NCBI GenBank assembly: GCA_036745245.1
Contig: DAIOGN010000002.1
Span: 1-54,171 of the forward strand
Source of the DNA: Candidatus Zixiibacteriota bacterium
GTDB taxonomy: Bacteria; Zixibacteria; MSB-5A5; JAUVRN01
Length of the DNA: 54,171 nucleotides
Direction: 5' to 3'
In this document: one piece after another, positions 27,936 through 37,871 of the stretch
How positions within the stretch are numbered: position 1 is the first letter of the stretch
How the letters are laid out: each line of letters starts with the position of its first letter
Notes under the pieces: model-generated
What the model was told of the DNA's origin: nothing
Seen by the model: only the letters and a program-made list of their open reading frames with translations
The model's database searches: none
Program-made: the position numbers and the translations under genes

Positions 27936-29582
27936 CTAGAAGCGCGATCCCGTCAGCTGGATGTCGGACCAGGCCCAGGCCTTCTGGAAGCGCTCCTCCA
28001 CGTCGGCGGCCTCCGACATTTTGTCCTGCGCCTTGAGGCTTTGCAGAAGGCCATAGAGCGACCAGCCATTCTCGGGATAGATGCGCAGGTCACGCAGGTA
28101 CACCTCTTCGGCGGCGGCGGCTTCGCCGGCTTCGAGAAGCACCGCGCCCAGTACCTGCCGCACCGGGAAGAACCAGTCGGACGGTTCCTGGTACATGAGA
28201 TCGTCTTCCTGACCCACCGCATCTTCGAGACTCTTTACGGCCGCGTCATAGTTCTTCTCTCCCGCCTGAATCTCGCCCTGAAGCACCAGCTGTCCGATCT
28301 TCAGCACGCTGCGAGTGCTGTTTCGGCCCCAGATCAATTTAGGCTCGAGCGTGGTGTCGGCGGCATACTTCGCGAGCAGTTCAAGTTCGGCCCGCGCGAG
28401 ATCGAGCTTTCCGGTTCGAGCGTACGCCATGCCGCGCGCATAGCGCCAGACGCCCATGGGATAGTGCAGATCGCTGTCGGGGGCGGGCTCGGTGAGAATG
28501 TCGGCCCACTTCCCGAAGCGCACCATGGAGAACAGCGGGATGGTGGAATAGTGCTGCACGGCCTCCATGCCGCAGACACGGAGGTAATCCTTGAGTGCTC
28601 GCCCCTGCGTGGATCGCGCCGCGGCCATGGCCTTGGCGCTGGCGCCCTCAAAGACCGCACTGGCCCAGAGAAAGTGATGATTGTGCGGCACGTAGCCGAT
28701 GTCGTACACGCCCTGCATGCGACACTCTTCCAGATACTGATCGTCCACTCGGACGGCGGCTTCGTTGGCCAGCGAGCCCTCGTGATAGCGGCCGGTGCGG
28801 ATGTAGATGTGCGACGGCATGTGCACCAGGTGGCCCGACCCGGGCACCAGACCCGCCAGCCGATCGGCGCACACCGCGGCGCGGGCGGGCAGATCCGATG
28901 CCTCCACCGCGTGAATGTAAAGGTGATTGGCGCCGGGGTGATTGGGGTTCTTCGCAAGCTCCGACTCGAGCAGATCCACGATGGGGGGCGTCCAGGGGCG
29001 TGCCTTGCCGTCCGAGTACCAGAAGTCCCATGGATGCAGGTCCATCAACGCTTCCGCATACAGCACACCGGCGTCCGGGTCGTTGGGAAATTCTTTGTAC
29101 ACCTGCCCCATCGCAGCGGCGAAGCTGGAGTCCAGCCGGCTACGATCCTTCCCCGGCACGGCCTCATACCTCTGCGCCAATGCACGAATGTATGCCTGTT
29201 CCACGGGTGAGGCGTTGACGGCCAGGCGTTGCGCCACCTGAAGATCGGCCCAGGCTTTTACAGCTGAAGCAGAGTCCATGGGCACATTGATGTTGGGCCC
29301 CAGCACGAACGACCGTGCCCACCAGCCCATGGCGCAGGTCGAATCGAGACGTGTCACTTCCTCGAAGGCCCGGTACGCCTCCGCGTGATTGAATCCGTAC
29401 GCAAGGGCCAGCCCCTGATTGAAGAACATCTGGGCCCACGGTTCCGTCGTGGTGACGGGGTGATGGTGCTTGCCCATCCCGGTGAGCAGCGGTGCCTGGG
29501 GCGTGTAGGCATCCCCGGCATGTACGGCAACCGCGAGCGTGAGTACGAATCCAAGGGCCAGATTACGGGATGTAGAGCGCAT
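27936..29582 (-). CDS. Secreted TPR-like helical repeat protein, function unknown
   Basis: Signal peptide MRSTSRNLALGFVLTLAVAVHA. Helical repeat pattern (FNQGLALAYGFNHAEAYRAFEEV...). Conserved His cluster HLVHMPSHIY. Confidence 0.75.
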   Translation of the reverse strand: MRSTSRNLALGFVLTLAVAVHAGDAYTPQAPLLTGMGKHHHPVTTTEPWAQMFFNQGLALAYGFNHAEAYRAFEEVTRLDSTCAMGWWARSFVLGPNINVPMDSASAVKAWADLQVAQRLAVNASPVEQAYIRALAQRYEAVPGKDRSRLDSSFAAAMGQVYKEFPNDPDAGVLYAEALMDLHPWDFWYSDGKARPWTPPIVDLLESELAKNPNHPGANHLYIHAVEASDLPARAAVCADRLAGLVPGSGHLVHMPSHIYIRTGRYHEGSLANEAAVRVDDQYLEECRMQGVYDIGYVPHNHHFLWASAVFEGASAKAMAAARSTQGRALKDYLRVCGMEAVQHYSTIPLFSMVRFGKWADILTEPAPDSDLHYPMGVWRYARGMAYARTGKLDLARAELELLAKYAADTTLEPKLIWGRNSTRSVLKIGQLVLQGEIQAGEKNYDAAVKSLEDAVGQEDDLMYQEPSDWFFPVRQVLGAVLLEAGEAAAAEEVYLRDLRIYPENGWSLYGLLQSLKAQDKMSEAADVEERFQKAWAWSDIQLTGSRF

Positions 29583-29659
29583 GGTGTCTCCTCCGAAGGC
29601 GGTAATTTATCAGACGCCCCGCGAGCGTCAACTGGTTCGATGAGGCCAGGAGGCCCGGT

Positions 29660-30442
29660 TCATTTCACCAGTCGGCGCTTGAACAGCCACACCGCCAGGG
29701 CGAAGAACACCAGGAAGTACCCGAGGATCCAGGCCCCGTCGAACGCCACGGTGGACCACTCGATGTTTCCTGTGGCAAACATTCGCGCCGGGCGCACCAT
29801 GTGGTAGAACGGAGACAGTTCGGCCAGCCGCTGCGCCCACGTCGGCAAGTGAGACAACGGGAAAAACGTGTCGGAGAACATGAGGAGCGGCGAGAGCACC
29901 ATGGAAAACCAGAAGTCGATGGGGCTGAAGTTGGGCATGAACGACGTGAACACCAGGGTCATGGCGGCAATCATGAGGCCGCCAAAGAACACCACGGCGA
30001 GGATGAGCGGCGCCCAGGGGGACGGTAACAATCCGAAGGCGGCGACGGTGACTCCCACGGCCGTGGCGTGCACCGTGCCCTTCGCAGCTCCGTACAGCGC
30101 TTCCCCGGCAATGACGTCCTCCACCGACACGGGAGTCGCGATCATGGCCTCAAACGTCCTCTGCACAATCAGTCGTGCCAGTGTCCCCACCAGGCACTCC
30201 ACGCCGGGCGCGATCAGGCCCACCATGGCCACCAGGGACGGCGCAATGAACTGCGCGTACGACATCCCCTCCACCTGCGACACCATGGCACCTACACCAA
30301 AGCCCATGGCGAACAGGTAGGTAAGCGGTTCGAAAAAGGGTGGAATCACCGAGCTCCACACGTTGCGCATGAACACATCGCGATGGCGCAGGAGCACGGC
30401 CCAGATGCAGCGCGGGGAAAAATCGAAACTCACGATTCTCAT
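29660..30442 (-). CDS. ABC-2 type transporter permease
   Basis: ATG 30440-30442 overlaps the ATPase stop (ATGA). Six hydrophobic helices. The track ORF's longer N-terminus is an out-of-frame overlap with the ATPase gene. Confidence 0.85.
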   Translation of the reverse strand: MRIVSFDFSPRCIWAVLLRHRDVFMRNVWSSVIPPFFEPLTYLFAMGFGVGAMVSQVEGMSYAQFIAPSLVAMVGLIAPGVECLVGTLARLIVQRTFEAMIATPVSVEDVIAGEALYGAAKGTVHATAVGVTVAAFGLLPSPWAPLILAVVFFGGLMIAAMTLVFTSFMPNFSPIDFWFSMVLSPLLMFSDTFFPLSHLPTWAQRLAELSPFYHMVRPARMFATGNIEWSTVAFDGAWILGYFLVFFALAVWLFKRRLVK

Positions 30443-31341
30443 TCTTCGCCCAGCTCCCGCCCCGTGAGTTTCAAAAACACGTCTTCGAGATTCGCGGGCC
30501 GCCGGGTGATCTGCCGGAAGCCCGCAGCGACCAGCGGTTCGAGGTCCACCTGACTGCTCTCTACGAACCAGGCCGCGCTGTCGAAGTGTCGCTCGCCCGC
30601 GCCCAGGTACGAGCCGGCGATCAGCGCGGCCTCGGGCGATTCCGTGTGAACTTCCACCACCTCGCGACCCGGGAGACCGGACACCAGGTCTCCCGGCGTA
30701 CCGGTCACGAGAATTCGGCCGCGGTCCATGACCGCGAGCCGATCGCACAACTGCGCGGCTTCTTCCATGTAGTGAGTCGTGAGCACGATCGTGAGGCCTC
30801 GGCGCTTGAGAGCTCGCACCTTCTGCCACACCATCTGCCGCGCCTGCGGATCGAGGCCGGTGGTGGGTTCGTCGAGGATGAGCACCTCCGGCTCGTGCAG
30901 AAGCCCGCGAGCCATGACCAGCCGTCTCTGCATGCCGCCCGACAGGTCGTAGATCACCACGTCGCGTTTTTCCGAAAGCTGCCAGAGCTCAAGAAGTTCT
31001 TCAGAACGGCGCAACGTCTCACTCCGGCGGATGCCGTGATAGCGCCCGTAGCAGGTGAGGTTCTGGAGGACGGAGAGGTCGGGATCGAGATTGTTGTCCT
31101 GCGGCACCACGCCCAGCTTCGACTTGGCTGTCCTCGGATCGGCCGCCACGTCCACGCCTGCCACCAGCAGGCGGCCATGGTCCGGCCGCACCAGGGCGTA
31201 GATCATCTTCATGGTGGTGGACTTGCCTGCGCCGTTGGGACCGAGAAACCCGAACACTTCGCCTCGCGCGATCTCGAAGTCGATCCCGCGCACGGCGGCC
31301 ACGGCGCCAAAGGACTTCGTCAGTCCGGAAGCGGAGATCAC
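30439..31341 (-). CDS. ABC transporter ATP-binding protein (ABC-2 / DrrA-like)
   Basis: GTG 31339-31341 overlaps the upstream TGA (GTGA). Walker A GPNGAGKST, signature LSGGMQRR, Walker B LILDEP. Confidence 0.9.
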   Translation of the reverse strand: MISASGLTKSFGAVAAVRGIDFEIARGEVFGFLGPNGAGKSTTMKMIYALVRPDHGRLLVAGVDVAADPRTAKSKLGVVPQDNNLDPDLSVLQNLTCYGRYHGIRRSETLRRSEELLELWQLSEKRDVVIYDLSGGMQRRLVMARGLLHEPEVLILDEPTTGLDPQARQMVWQKVRALKRRGLTIVLTTHYMEEAAQLCDRLAVMDRGRILVTGTPGDLVSGLPGREVVEVHTESPEAALIAGSYLGAGERHFDSAAWFVESSQVDLEPLVAAGFRQITRRPANLEDVFLKLTGRELGEE

Positions 31342-32357
31342 GAGGTGCCGAACAGGTCGAGCGTCTCGGCGGTGTGCTGTACACCCTCCGAGGCGCTCAC
31401 GTCCTGCCACTGCTTCGGCAGTGGCAAGGCGTCCATCCCCTCCCGGCAGAGCAGATCCGCGAGTTCAGCGGCAAAACCGTGCATCGTGTACACGCGTGCG
31501 GCGCCGGTGGCCTTCGCGAACTCCACGAGCGATGCGCAGTCGGCATGATCGGAGAGCGGAATCATCTGGTCGGCAGCGTAGTGCCCACCCGGCCCCCCAA
31601 GGGCCCAGCCGGAGCAGAAACACACACGTGGGCGCACGATGCGTTCGCGCCACTCGCTGCGTTGAAAGTCGGGAGTCATCACCACCAGTGCGCCCGGCGG
31701 AGCGCCGGCCAGCGGCACCTGCACCTCCGGCAGAACGACCCCGGCCTGTTGATAGAGCGCGCAGTACTCCGCGACTTTTGGGTGCACCCACACCGTTTCG
31801 TGGTACGCCGCGAGGTGCGCCACCAGTTCCTGTGCTTTGCCCAGCGAATACCCCGTGAGCACCGGCGTGTATGAAGAGGCGCGCGCCGCGTCCACGAAGC
31901 CCGTAATGAGCCTGTGAATTCGCTCCCGGTCGGGGAATCTGTACTCACGCCGGCCGAACGTGGATTCGATGACGAGCACGTCGCACGCTACGGGTGTGGC
32001 GACCTCTGACAGCGTGCTGGAGGTGGTGCGCAGGTCGCCTGTGAACAGAAGTCGTCGCCCCGCAAACTCCACCAGGGCCATGGCCGATCCCAGAATGTGG
32101 CCCGCGGGCAAGAGCGTGACCCGGGCGCCATCCAGCGTGAAGCTCTGTCCGTACGGAACGGCCCGTGTGGTGAGACGTTTCCAGCGCGCCCCGAGGAGCA
32201 GGGCCGTCTCGGGAGTGCAGATGATGTGTTCGTGACGCGCGGCGTGGTCGGTGTGCGCGTGGGTGACGAGCCCCACGGGCTGACGCCGGCCTGCGTCGAT
32301 CTTCACCGGCCAGCCTTCGATCTCGAACCCGTCGGGTCGTGTGTGGCGAACTCTCAC
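31338..32357 (-). CDS. MBL-fold beta-CASP family hydrolase (nuclease-like)
   Basis: GTG 32357. HAHTDH motif, GHILGS, ESTFG, C-terminal PLSDHAD. About 339 aa. Confidence 0.8.
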   Translation of the reverse strand: MRVRHTRPDGFEIEGWPVKIDAGRRQPVGLVTHAHTDHAARHEHIICTPETALLLGARWKRLTTRAVPYGQSFTLDGARVTLLPAGHILGSAMALVEFAGRRLLFTGDLRTTSSTLSEVATPVACDVLVIESTFGRREYRFPDRERIHRLITGFVDAARASSYTPVLTGYSLGKAQELVAHLAAYHETVWVHPKVAEYCALYQQAGVVLPEVQVPLAGAPPGALVVMTPDFQRSEWRERIVRPRVCFCSGWALGGPGGHYAADQMIPLSDHADCASLVEFAKATGAARVYTMHGFAAELADLLCREGMDALPLPKQWQDVSASEGVQHTAETLDLFGTS

Positions 32358-32397
32358 GGTGCAGTCAGCAGGCGGCACCCAGGCGGGGCCGCGTGCT

Positions 32398-34377
32398 TCA
32401 CCTGGCTTCCGAAATCGTGATGCTCTTGACTTTGTCGCCCAGTCGGATGGCATCCACCACGTCCTGGCCGGAGGTGACGTAGCCGAACAGGGTGTACCGA
32501 TCGTCGAGATGAGGTTGCGGCGAATGCGTGATGAAGAACTGGCTCCCCTCCGTGTCCTTTCCGGAGGAGGCCATGCCCACCGCACCCGTTGAATACTCCA
32601 GATCGTTGAACTGGGACCGCATGGTGTAGCCGGGCCCGCCCCAGCCGGTGCCTTCCGGATCGCCGGTCTGAATTACGAAGTTGGGAACCACCCGGTGAAA
32701 CACCACGCCGTCGTAGTATCCCCGGCGCGCCAGCGTGACGAAATTGAATACGGTGTGCGGCGCCTTGTCGTAGCGAAGCTCGATCTGAATCGACCCCTTG
32801 TCCGTTTCAATGGTGGCGGTGGGGTTGGCCTCGAAGGCGCGGAAGATCTCGTCGAAGGTGTCGGGCGTGATCTTTGACACGTACTCGCCCAATCGGGCCG
32901 ACGAATCCACGTCCATCTTTGCGAGCGCGTCGATGGCGGCCTTGCGCACCAGCCGGTCCCCATCCTGCGTGACCTCGGCCAGCCAGCCCTTGAGCGGATC
33001 GCGAAGAGCTTGCGACGAATCAATCCAGGCCGCGGCCGTCTCCACGGCGGAGAGTCTGTAATCGGACACCGAATCAGCCGCATGGCGGTCCCAGAAACGC
33101 TTCAGGCGCGTAAGATTCTCCTCTGTGGGACTGGACTTCAGCACATCCACGGCCGAGATGGCCAGCACCCGGTTGCTCGAAGCCAGCGCACTGTCGATGA
33201 AGTGCTCCACGTTGGCGAATCCGAACCGCGCCAGCTCCGAAATGGCAAAGCCTTTTCGCGTGGCGTCCGTCGTGTCGAGCATCATGTGTACCAGCACGCC
33301 GCGGCCCATTTCGCTCTGCACCTCGCCCAGTGCATGAATGGCCGCCTGCGCCACGGGGAGCCGCGGATCACCGATCAGCGCCATGGTATAGTCGTGCGCC
33401 GAATCCTTGAAGCCCGCCGTAATGCCCGAGATGGCGCCCACGAAGATGGACGTGGACCTCCGTCGCACCAGCCCCTTCAGCATCGGGAAATCCTTCAGCC
33501 GGCCCTGCTTGCCCACGGCCTCTGCCATGGTTTGCGCCACGAGTTCGTGTTGCTCGAGGTCGAGGGCCGACACGAGCTGATCCACTTCGGGATCCGCGGC
33601 GTCGATCGCTCCCAGCGCGTAGGCGGCGTGGTTGCGCACGCGCCAGTCGGCATCCTTCAACAGCGGCACGAGCAGTTTCGCCGATTCCGCATCGCCGATC
33701 TCCGCCAGGCCGCGGGCTGCAAACATGCGCACACGCGCATCGGTGTCGCCCAGAGCCCCGTCGAGAGCAAGCTTTCCGCGAGGATCCCGGATGCGCCAGA
33801 ACGCCCAGGCCGCGCGCCAGCGAACTTCCGGTTCGAGATCGCGCAGGAGCCCCGCCAGGTCGCGCACTTCCGATGACTTCCCCATGCGTCCAAGCGCCAC
33901 GGCGGCGGCGCCGCGCGTGGTGGGATTGCCGTCGAGCAGCCCGAAGATCTGCAGAAACTGATCCGTAGCGTCTCCGCCCAGCCAACCCATGCCGTCCATC
34001 ACGTTGCGACGCGTCAGCGTGCTTGTGTCGGTGTAGAGCGAAGAGAGTCCCTGCTCTGGCACTTCCGTTTTGTACTGTGCGGCCAGCTGACCGAGGGCCC
34101 AGGCCACCGCGGGTCGAAGCGGCAGGGTGTCGAGCGTCTCGGCCTGATTGAGCGCGTGGATCGTGGACGGATCCAGGATGCGGCCCAGAGCCCACACGGC
34201 GGCTTCGCGCACACGCATGTCTTCATGACTGAGGAGCGCCACCAGCTCGGCATTGGGGCCTTTGGAACCGCGGTCTTCCCACTGGGCGACCTCCACCAGC
34301 CGAGACTTGATTTTGGAATCTTCCTTTGAGCAGGAAACGACCAACAGGGCAAGGACAACGAGTCGAAGTACTTTCAT
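32398..34377 (-). CDS. Lipoprotein with HEAT repeats fused to a C-terminal cyclophilin-type peptidyl-prolyl isomerase
   Basis: ATG 34377. Lipobox LLVVSC. Multiple VR..A..ALG HEAT-like repeats. Cyclophilin motifs FHRVVPNFVIQTGDP, GAVGMA, SQFFIT. The track ORF's upstream extension is rejected. Confidence 0.85.
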   Translation of the reverse strand: MKVLRLVVLALLVVSCSKEDSKIKSRLVEVAQWEDRGSKGPNAELVALLSHEDMRVREAAVWALGRILDPSTIHALNQAETLDTLPLRPAVAWALGQLAAQYKTEVPEQGLSSLYTDTSTLTRRNVMDGMGWLGGDATDQFLQIFGLLDGNPTTRGAAAVALGRMGKSSEVRDLAGLLRDLEPEVRWRAAWAFWRIRDPRGKLALDGALGDTDARVRMFAARGLAEIGDAESAKLLVPLLKDADWRVRNHAAYALGAIDAADPEVDQLVSALDLEQHELVAQTMAEAVGKQGRLKDFPMLKGLVRRRSTSIFVGAISGITAGFKDSAHDYTMALIGDPRLPVAQAAIHALGEVQSEMGRGVLVHMMLDTTDATRKGFAISELARFGFANVEHFIDSALASSNRVLAISAVDVLKSSPTEENLTRLKRFWDRHAADSVSDYRLSAVETAAAWIDSSQALRDPLKGWLAEVTQDGDRLVRKAAIDALAKMDVDSSARLGEYVSKITPDTFDEIFRAFEANPTATIETDKGSIQIELRYDKAPHTVFNFVTLARRGYYDGVVFHRVVPNFVIQTGDPEGTGWGGPGYTMRSQFNDLEYSTGAVGMASSGKDTEGSQFFITHSPQPHLDDRYTLFGYVTSGQDVVDAIRLGDKVKSITISEAR

Positions 34378-34441
34378 GCCAACCTCTTGAAGGGTAATCG
34401 GATCAAAAAGTGAGCCTCGCGGCCGCAAGGCAAGGGGAGCT

Positions 34442-37400
34442 TTAGCGAAGCAGGAGCATCCGCCGGGTCTGAACCTGGTCGCCCGCCTCCAGGCGATAGA
34501 AGTACACGCCCGAAGCCACGTCCCGCCCACGCTCGTCTTTGGCGTTCCAGGTGGTCTCGAACCGACCGGCCGGAAGCGATGCTTCCATGAGCGTGGCCAC
34601 GTCCTGTCCCAGCAGGTTGAAGATGCGCAGCCTGACCTTGGCCGGCAGATCCAGCGTGAATGAAATGTGCGTCTGCGGGTTGAACGGATTGGGCGTGTTG
34701 GGGTGCAACTCAAACGAGACCGGGCCGATCGGCTGTTCGTGAACTGCCACGCTCTCCGTGATTGCTTCATAACGGGAGCGCGCGAGTTGCGTGTTTTGCA
34801 CCAGCCGCGCGAGGCCGTCTTCAGACCCAACGATGGCAAAGGCGATCTGCACGGTATCGCCCGGGGCCGGAAGCGACAGCGGCCCAGTGCCCACGAACGT
34901 CCCCGCATCGCCCAAACCGCCAGAAGGTATAGCACCCGGCCCGATTCCGCCCGAAAGGTAGCTCCACTTTGCGCTGTCCGTCAGCGTCGTCTCGAAGGTG
35001 GTGGGTGCATAGAAGTCCATCTGCGCGTTGATGGCGCGATAGGCCGTCGCGCCCGTGGAAGACACTACGGCCACACCGCGATACGGCCCAGCGGCCGCCT
35101 GACTCTGATTGAACATGTAGGCGAGATGCTCGCTGGCCGAGAAACCGGTGGAGTCGCTCCCTGCCAGAAATGCCGGGAAGTCACAATCGTGCAGGATTCC
35201 GGCGTACAGCCCGCTCAATGCCCCGCCCGACGTATTTTGCAGCGTGTAGATCACCAGTACATAGCCCTGATCGGTGCCCGCCGGGAAGACGAGCGTCCAC
35301 TGCTTCACCGTCAAGCCGATGGGGTTTTCCGCCGCCCCGTCATTGAACTCCGAGAGCGTGGTCTGGAACGCGGTTTCGAGATTGGCCACCTGAAGGAGCG
35401 CGCCCCCCGCATCGGGGATGAAGTCAGCGTCTGTAACCTGCATGCCCGACTCGGCGCCGCCCGACCTGCGGGCCGCATCCGACACCTGGTTTGGACCCAC
35501 GCCAATCACCAGCGCCGCCTCCGCCAGGTGGTTGGTGAGATTGGGATCCACGAGGAAACCCACACCCCCCTCCGGGTAATAGCTGTCAGTCGACAAGCCG
35601 TACTGCCCGTAGTTGGTGACAGTGAATTGTAGAAATGTGTTGTCGTGAGTGAACTGCGACTTAAACGGCGCAGGCTCGGTGTAGTACACGAGCGGATCGA
35701 CCTGCAGGAATCCCACGGCCGCCAGAGCCACCGACAGATTGAGTGGCTGACCCACGGGCGTCCCGGCATCCACCACGAATCGCAGCGGACCCGCGGTGGC
35801 CCAGGCCTGTGCAGCGAGAATCCCGAGGTTCACCGAGTCGGCGAGCAGGGTGACATACGGACCTGTGGGAAGAATCTTGACGAACGCCCCCGTGGCGGGT
35901 GACTCGGACCGGTTTCGCACGCGCAAGTAGAGCGTCACGGTGTCTCCCGCATGAAGGCTGTCACCTGTGCCGGAGGCCGGTAATCCCGCAGCCACGAGCA
36001 GGGATTCGCCCTCCACCCGCAGGTCAGGTCCGCCCATGAGAATCGAGAGCGAATCCGCCGCCGCGGGCAGATTGATGAGGCCCCTGCCGTGCGTGTTGTC
36101 TTCTCCCGGGATGCCCTTGTCGATGGCCGAAACGAACAACGCGTTCTTGATCTCTGCCGGCGTGGCGTTGGGAGCCAGCTGGCGAAGCACGGCGGCGGCC
36201 CCGGCCACGTGCGGCGAGGCCATCGACGTGCCTGAGAGCGGGCCGTACAAACTGTCGTTGCCGCGGTAGCAGGAACGGATGACCACGCCGGGGGCCACGA
36301 CTTCGGGCTTGATGTTGTCCCCCGGGCAGGGAGTGGGACCGCGACTGGACGAAGGAGAAATCGCGTCGCCCGAGATGCTGTAGCTGCCCACTGCGAAGTT
36401 GGTTCCGAACACCGTGCCCGAGTTGGCCGGATAGCCGATCGTGCCCGCGCCCGACCCTTCGTTGCCCGCGGCCCAGATCACGATCACGCCCAGGTCTTCG
36501 AGATGCGTGATGATGCCGTCCATGATGTCGTTACACGGGTACACGATGCCCTGGATGGCGAACCGCCAGGAGCAATTCATCACGTCGGGGACGTCGCCTG
36601 TGGTGTTGGGGTTGCCATCGGGATCGGCCGCCCACTCGAGGCAGCGGATCAGGTCCATCGTGGTGAGGTTGGCTCCGCCGATGCCAAAGGCCGCAATCCA
36701 CTGCGCCTCGGGCGCCACGCCCACCGTGTCGCCGCGCACAGGGTCGGCGCCGCAGATCGTGCCCATGGTGTGCGAGCCGTGATTGGTGGGACTGTTGCCG
36801 ATGTCCGCCGGAAACGTGGTGAGACCGCGCGGATCCAACCAGGCGTGCCACCAGGGCACGGACAGCCCCCGCCAGCGCGCGGCCAGGGCGAAATGCGTGC
36901 CGCGTACACCGGTGTCGATGCCGCAGACGAGGCGTCCGCGGCCGGTGTATCCCTGCGCCCACAGCACGGGCGCGCCGATGGCAACCAGGCCATTCTCCAC
37001 GGTGGCGGCGGACGGTGCGGGCACCTCGGGGGCATCGATCTCTACAGGTGGCAGAAAGCGCACTGCGGCCACGTCGGGCCGCGCCGAAAGCTCCGTGATA
37101 AGTTCGGGAGTGGCCTCGAGTCCTACCACGTTGTCGATCCAGAAGTGATGCACTCCGCGTGCGCGACCTGCGCGGTTCTCCTCCAACAGATGAGTCTTGA
37201 GGTCTCCCTGTGAACGCTGCGCACGCTCCTGGAGTTGTGACAGCACCCGGCTGTGTTGTGCGGCCCGATTGCGTTCACGGACCAGGTTGGCCTGCGGGGC
37301 GGTGTAGCCTGGGTCGGCCACTTCCACAAGAATCGGAATGAACTCGGACGCAGAAGCAACGCGGAGTTGGTCCTGGAGCGCGGGGTCGAGCTGTGCGGCG

Positions 37401-37492
37401 CCAAAGGCGGTGGCCGCCGACAGGAGGCAGAGCAGAAGTACGGAGAGACTCAAAACGGTCGCCGCGATCGGGCGAGTGCTACGCTCAGCCAA
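34442..37492 (-). CDS. Subtilisin-like S8 serine peptidase with an I9 propeptide and a T9SS-type C-terminal sorting domain
   Basis: Catalytic triad contexts [26 protein letters not shown]. Signal peptide. Tail [14 protein letters not shown]...IFNLLGQDV...[10 protein letters not shown]...MLLLR. Confidence 0.9.
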   Translation of the reverse strand: MAERSTRPIAATVLSLSVLLLCLLSAATAFGAAQLDPALQDQLRVASASEFIPILVEVADPGYTAPQANLVRERNRAAQHSRVLSQLQERAQRSQGDLKTHLLEENRAGRARGVHHFWIDNVVGLEATPELITELSARPDVAAVRFLPPVEIDAPEVPAPSAATVENGLVAIGAPVLWAQGYTGRGRLVCGIDTGVRGTHFALAARWRGLSVPWWHAWLDPRGLTTFPADIGNSPTNHGSHTMGTICGADPVRGDTVGVAPEAQWIAAFGIGGANLTTMDLIRCLEWAADPDGNPNTTGDVPDVMNCSWRFAIQGIVYPCNDIMDGIITHLEDLGVIVIWAAGNEGSGAGTIGYPANSGTVFGTNFAVGSYSISGDAISPSSSRGPTPCPGDNIKPEVVAPGVVIRSCYRGNDSLYGPLSGTSMASPHVAGAAAVLRQLAPNATPAEIKNALFVSAIDKGIPGEDNTHGRGLINLPAAADSLSILMGGPDLRVEGESLLVAAGLPASGTGDSLHAGDTVTLYLRVRNRSESPATGAFVKILPTGPYVTLLADSVNLGILAAQAWATAGPLRFVVDAGTPVGQPLNLSVALAAVGFLQVDPLVYYTEPAPFKSQFTHDNTFLQFTVTNYGQYGLSTDSYYPEGGVGFLVDPNLTNHLAEAALVIGVGPNQVSDAARRSGGAESGMQVTDADFIPDAGGALLQVANLETAFQTTLSEFNDGAAENPIGLTVKQWTLVFPAGTDQGYVLVIYTLQNTSGGALSGLYAGILHDCDFPAFLAGSDSTGFSASEHLAYMFNQSQAAAGPYRGVAVVSSTGATAYRAINAQMDFYAPTTFETTLTDSAKWSYLSGGIGPGAIPSGGLGDAGTFVGTGPLSLPAPGDTVQIAFAIVGSEDGLARLVQNTQLARSRYEAITESVAVHEQPIGPVSFELHPNTPNPFNPQTHISFTLDLPAKVRLRIFNLLGQDVATLMEASLPAGRFETTWNAKDERGRDVASGVYFYRLEAGDQVQTRRMLLLR

Positions 37493-37799
37493 CCTTCACC
37501 GCCGTTCCGGACACCGTGACCATGAGCATTCCTTCGCGGATCACCTCGTAATCGAGATCGATTCCCACCACCGCATTGGCGCCGCGCTCCCGCGCCGAAT
37601 CTTCGGCTTCCAGAAGTGCGATCTGCCTGGCCTTTGCCAGTTCCTTTTCGTAAGCCGCCGAGCGGCCGCCCACGATGTCGGTGATGGACGCAAACAGGTC
37701 GCGGAACACGTTGGCGCCCAGAATGGCTTCGCCCGTGACGATGCCGAGGTATTCCCGGATCGGGCGTCCCTCGAGGGTGGGGGTAGTGGACAGGATCAT
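37485..37799 (-). CDS. YbjQ/UPF0145 family protein
   Basis: 104 aa. [19 protein letters not shown]...[13 protein letters not shown] pattern. Overlaps the peptidase start by 8 nt. Confidence 0.85.
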   Translation of the reverse strand: MILSTTPTLEGRPIREYLGIVTGEAILGANVFRDLFASITDIVGGRSAAYEKELAKARQIALLEAEDSARERGANAVVGIDLDYEVIREGMLMVTVSGTAVKVG

Positions 37800-37871
37800 A
37801 TCTTGAGCAGCTCCTGCTTCCTTATAGTAGGTGACTCGCGCGGCGGCCCGGAATTCCGGCCGGGGACAAAC

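Noticed and set aside
27849-29210. 453-aa + strand ORF, and the 25431..26939 minus-strand ORF
   Set aside because: Shadow or out-of-frame ORFs inside the TPR-like and SpeE-fusion genes. They have no motifs and a biased Arg/Gly/Pro composition.
34378-34935. N-terminal extension of track ORF 32398..34935
   Set aside because: The extension reads out of frame through the 3' end of the S8 peptidase gene. A lipoprotein signal with ATG 34377 and an upstream purine-rich tract gives a sensible start.
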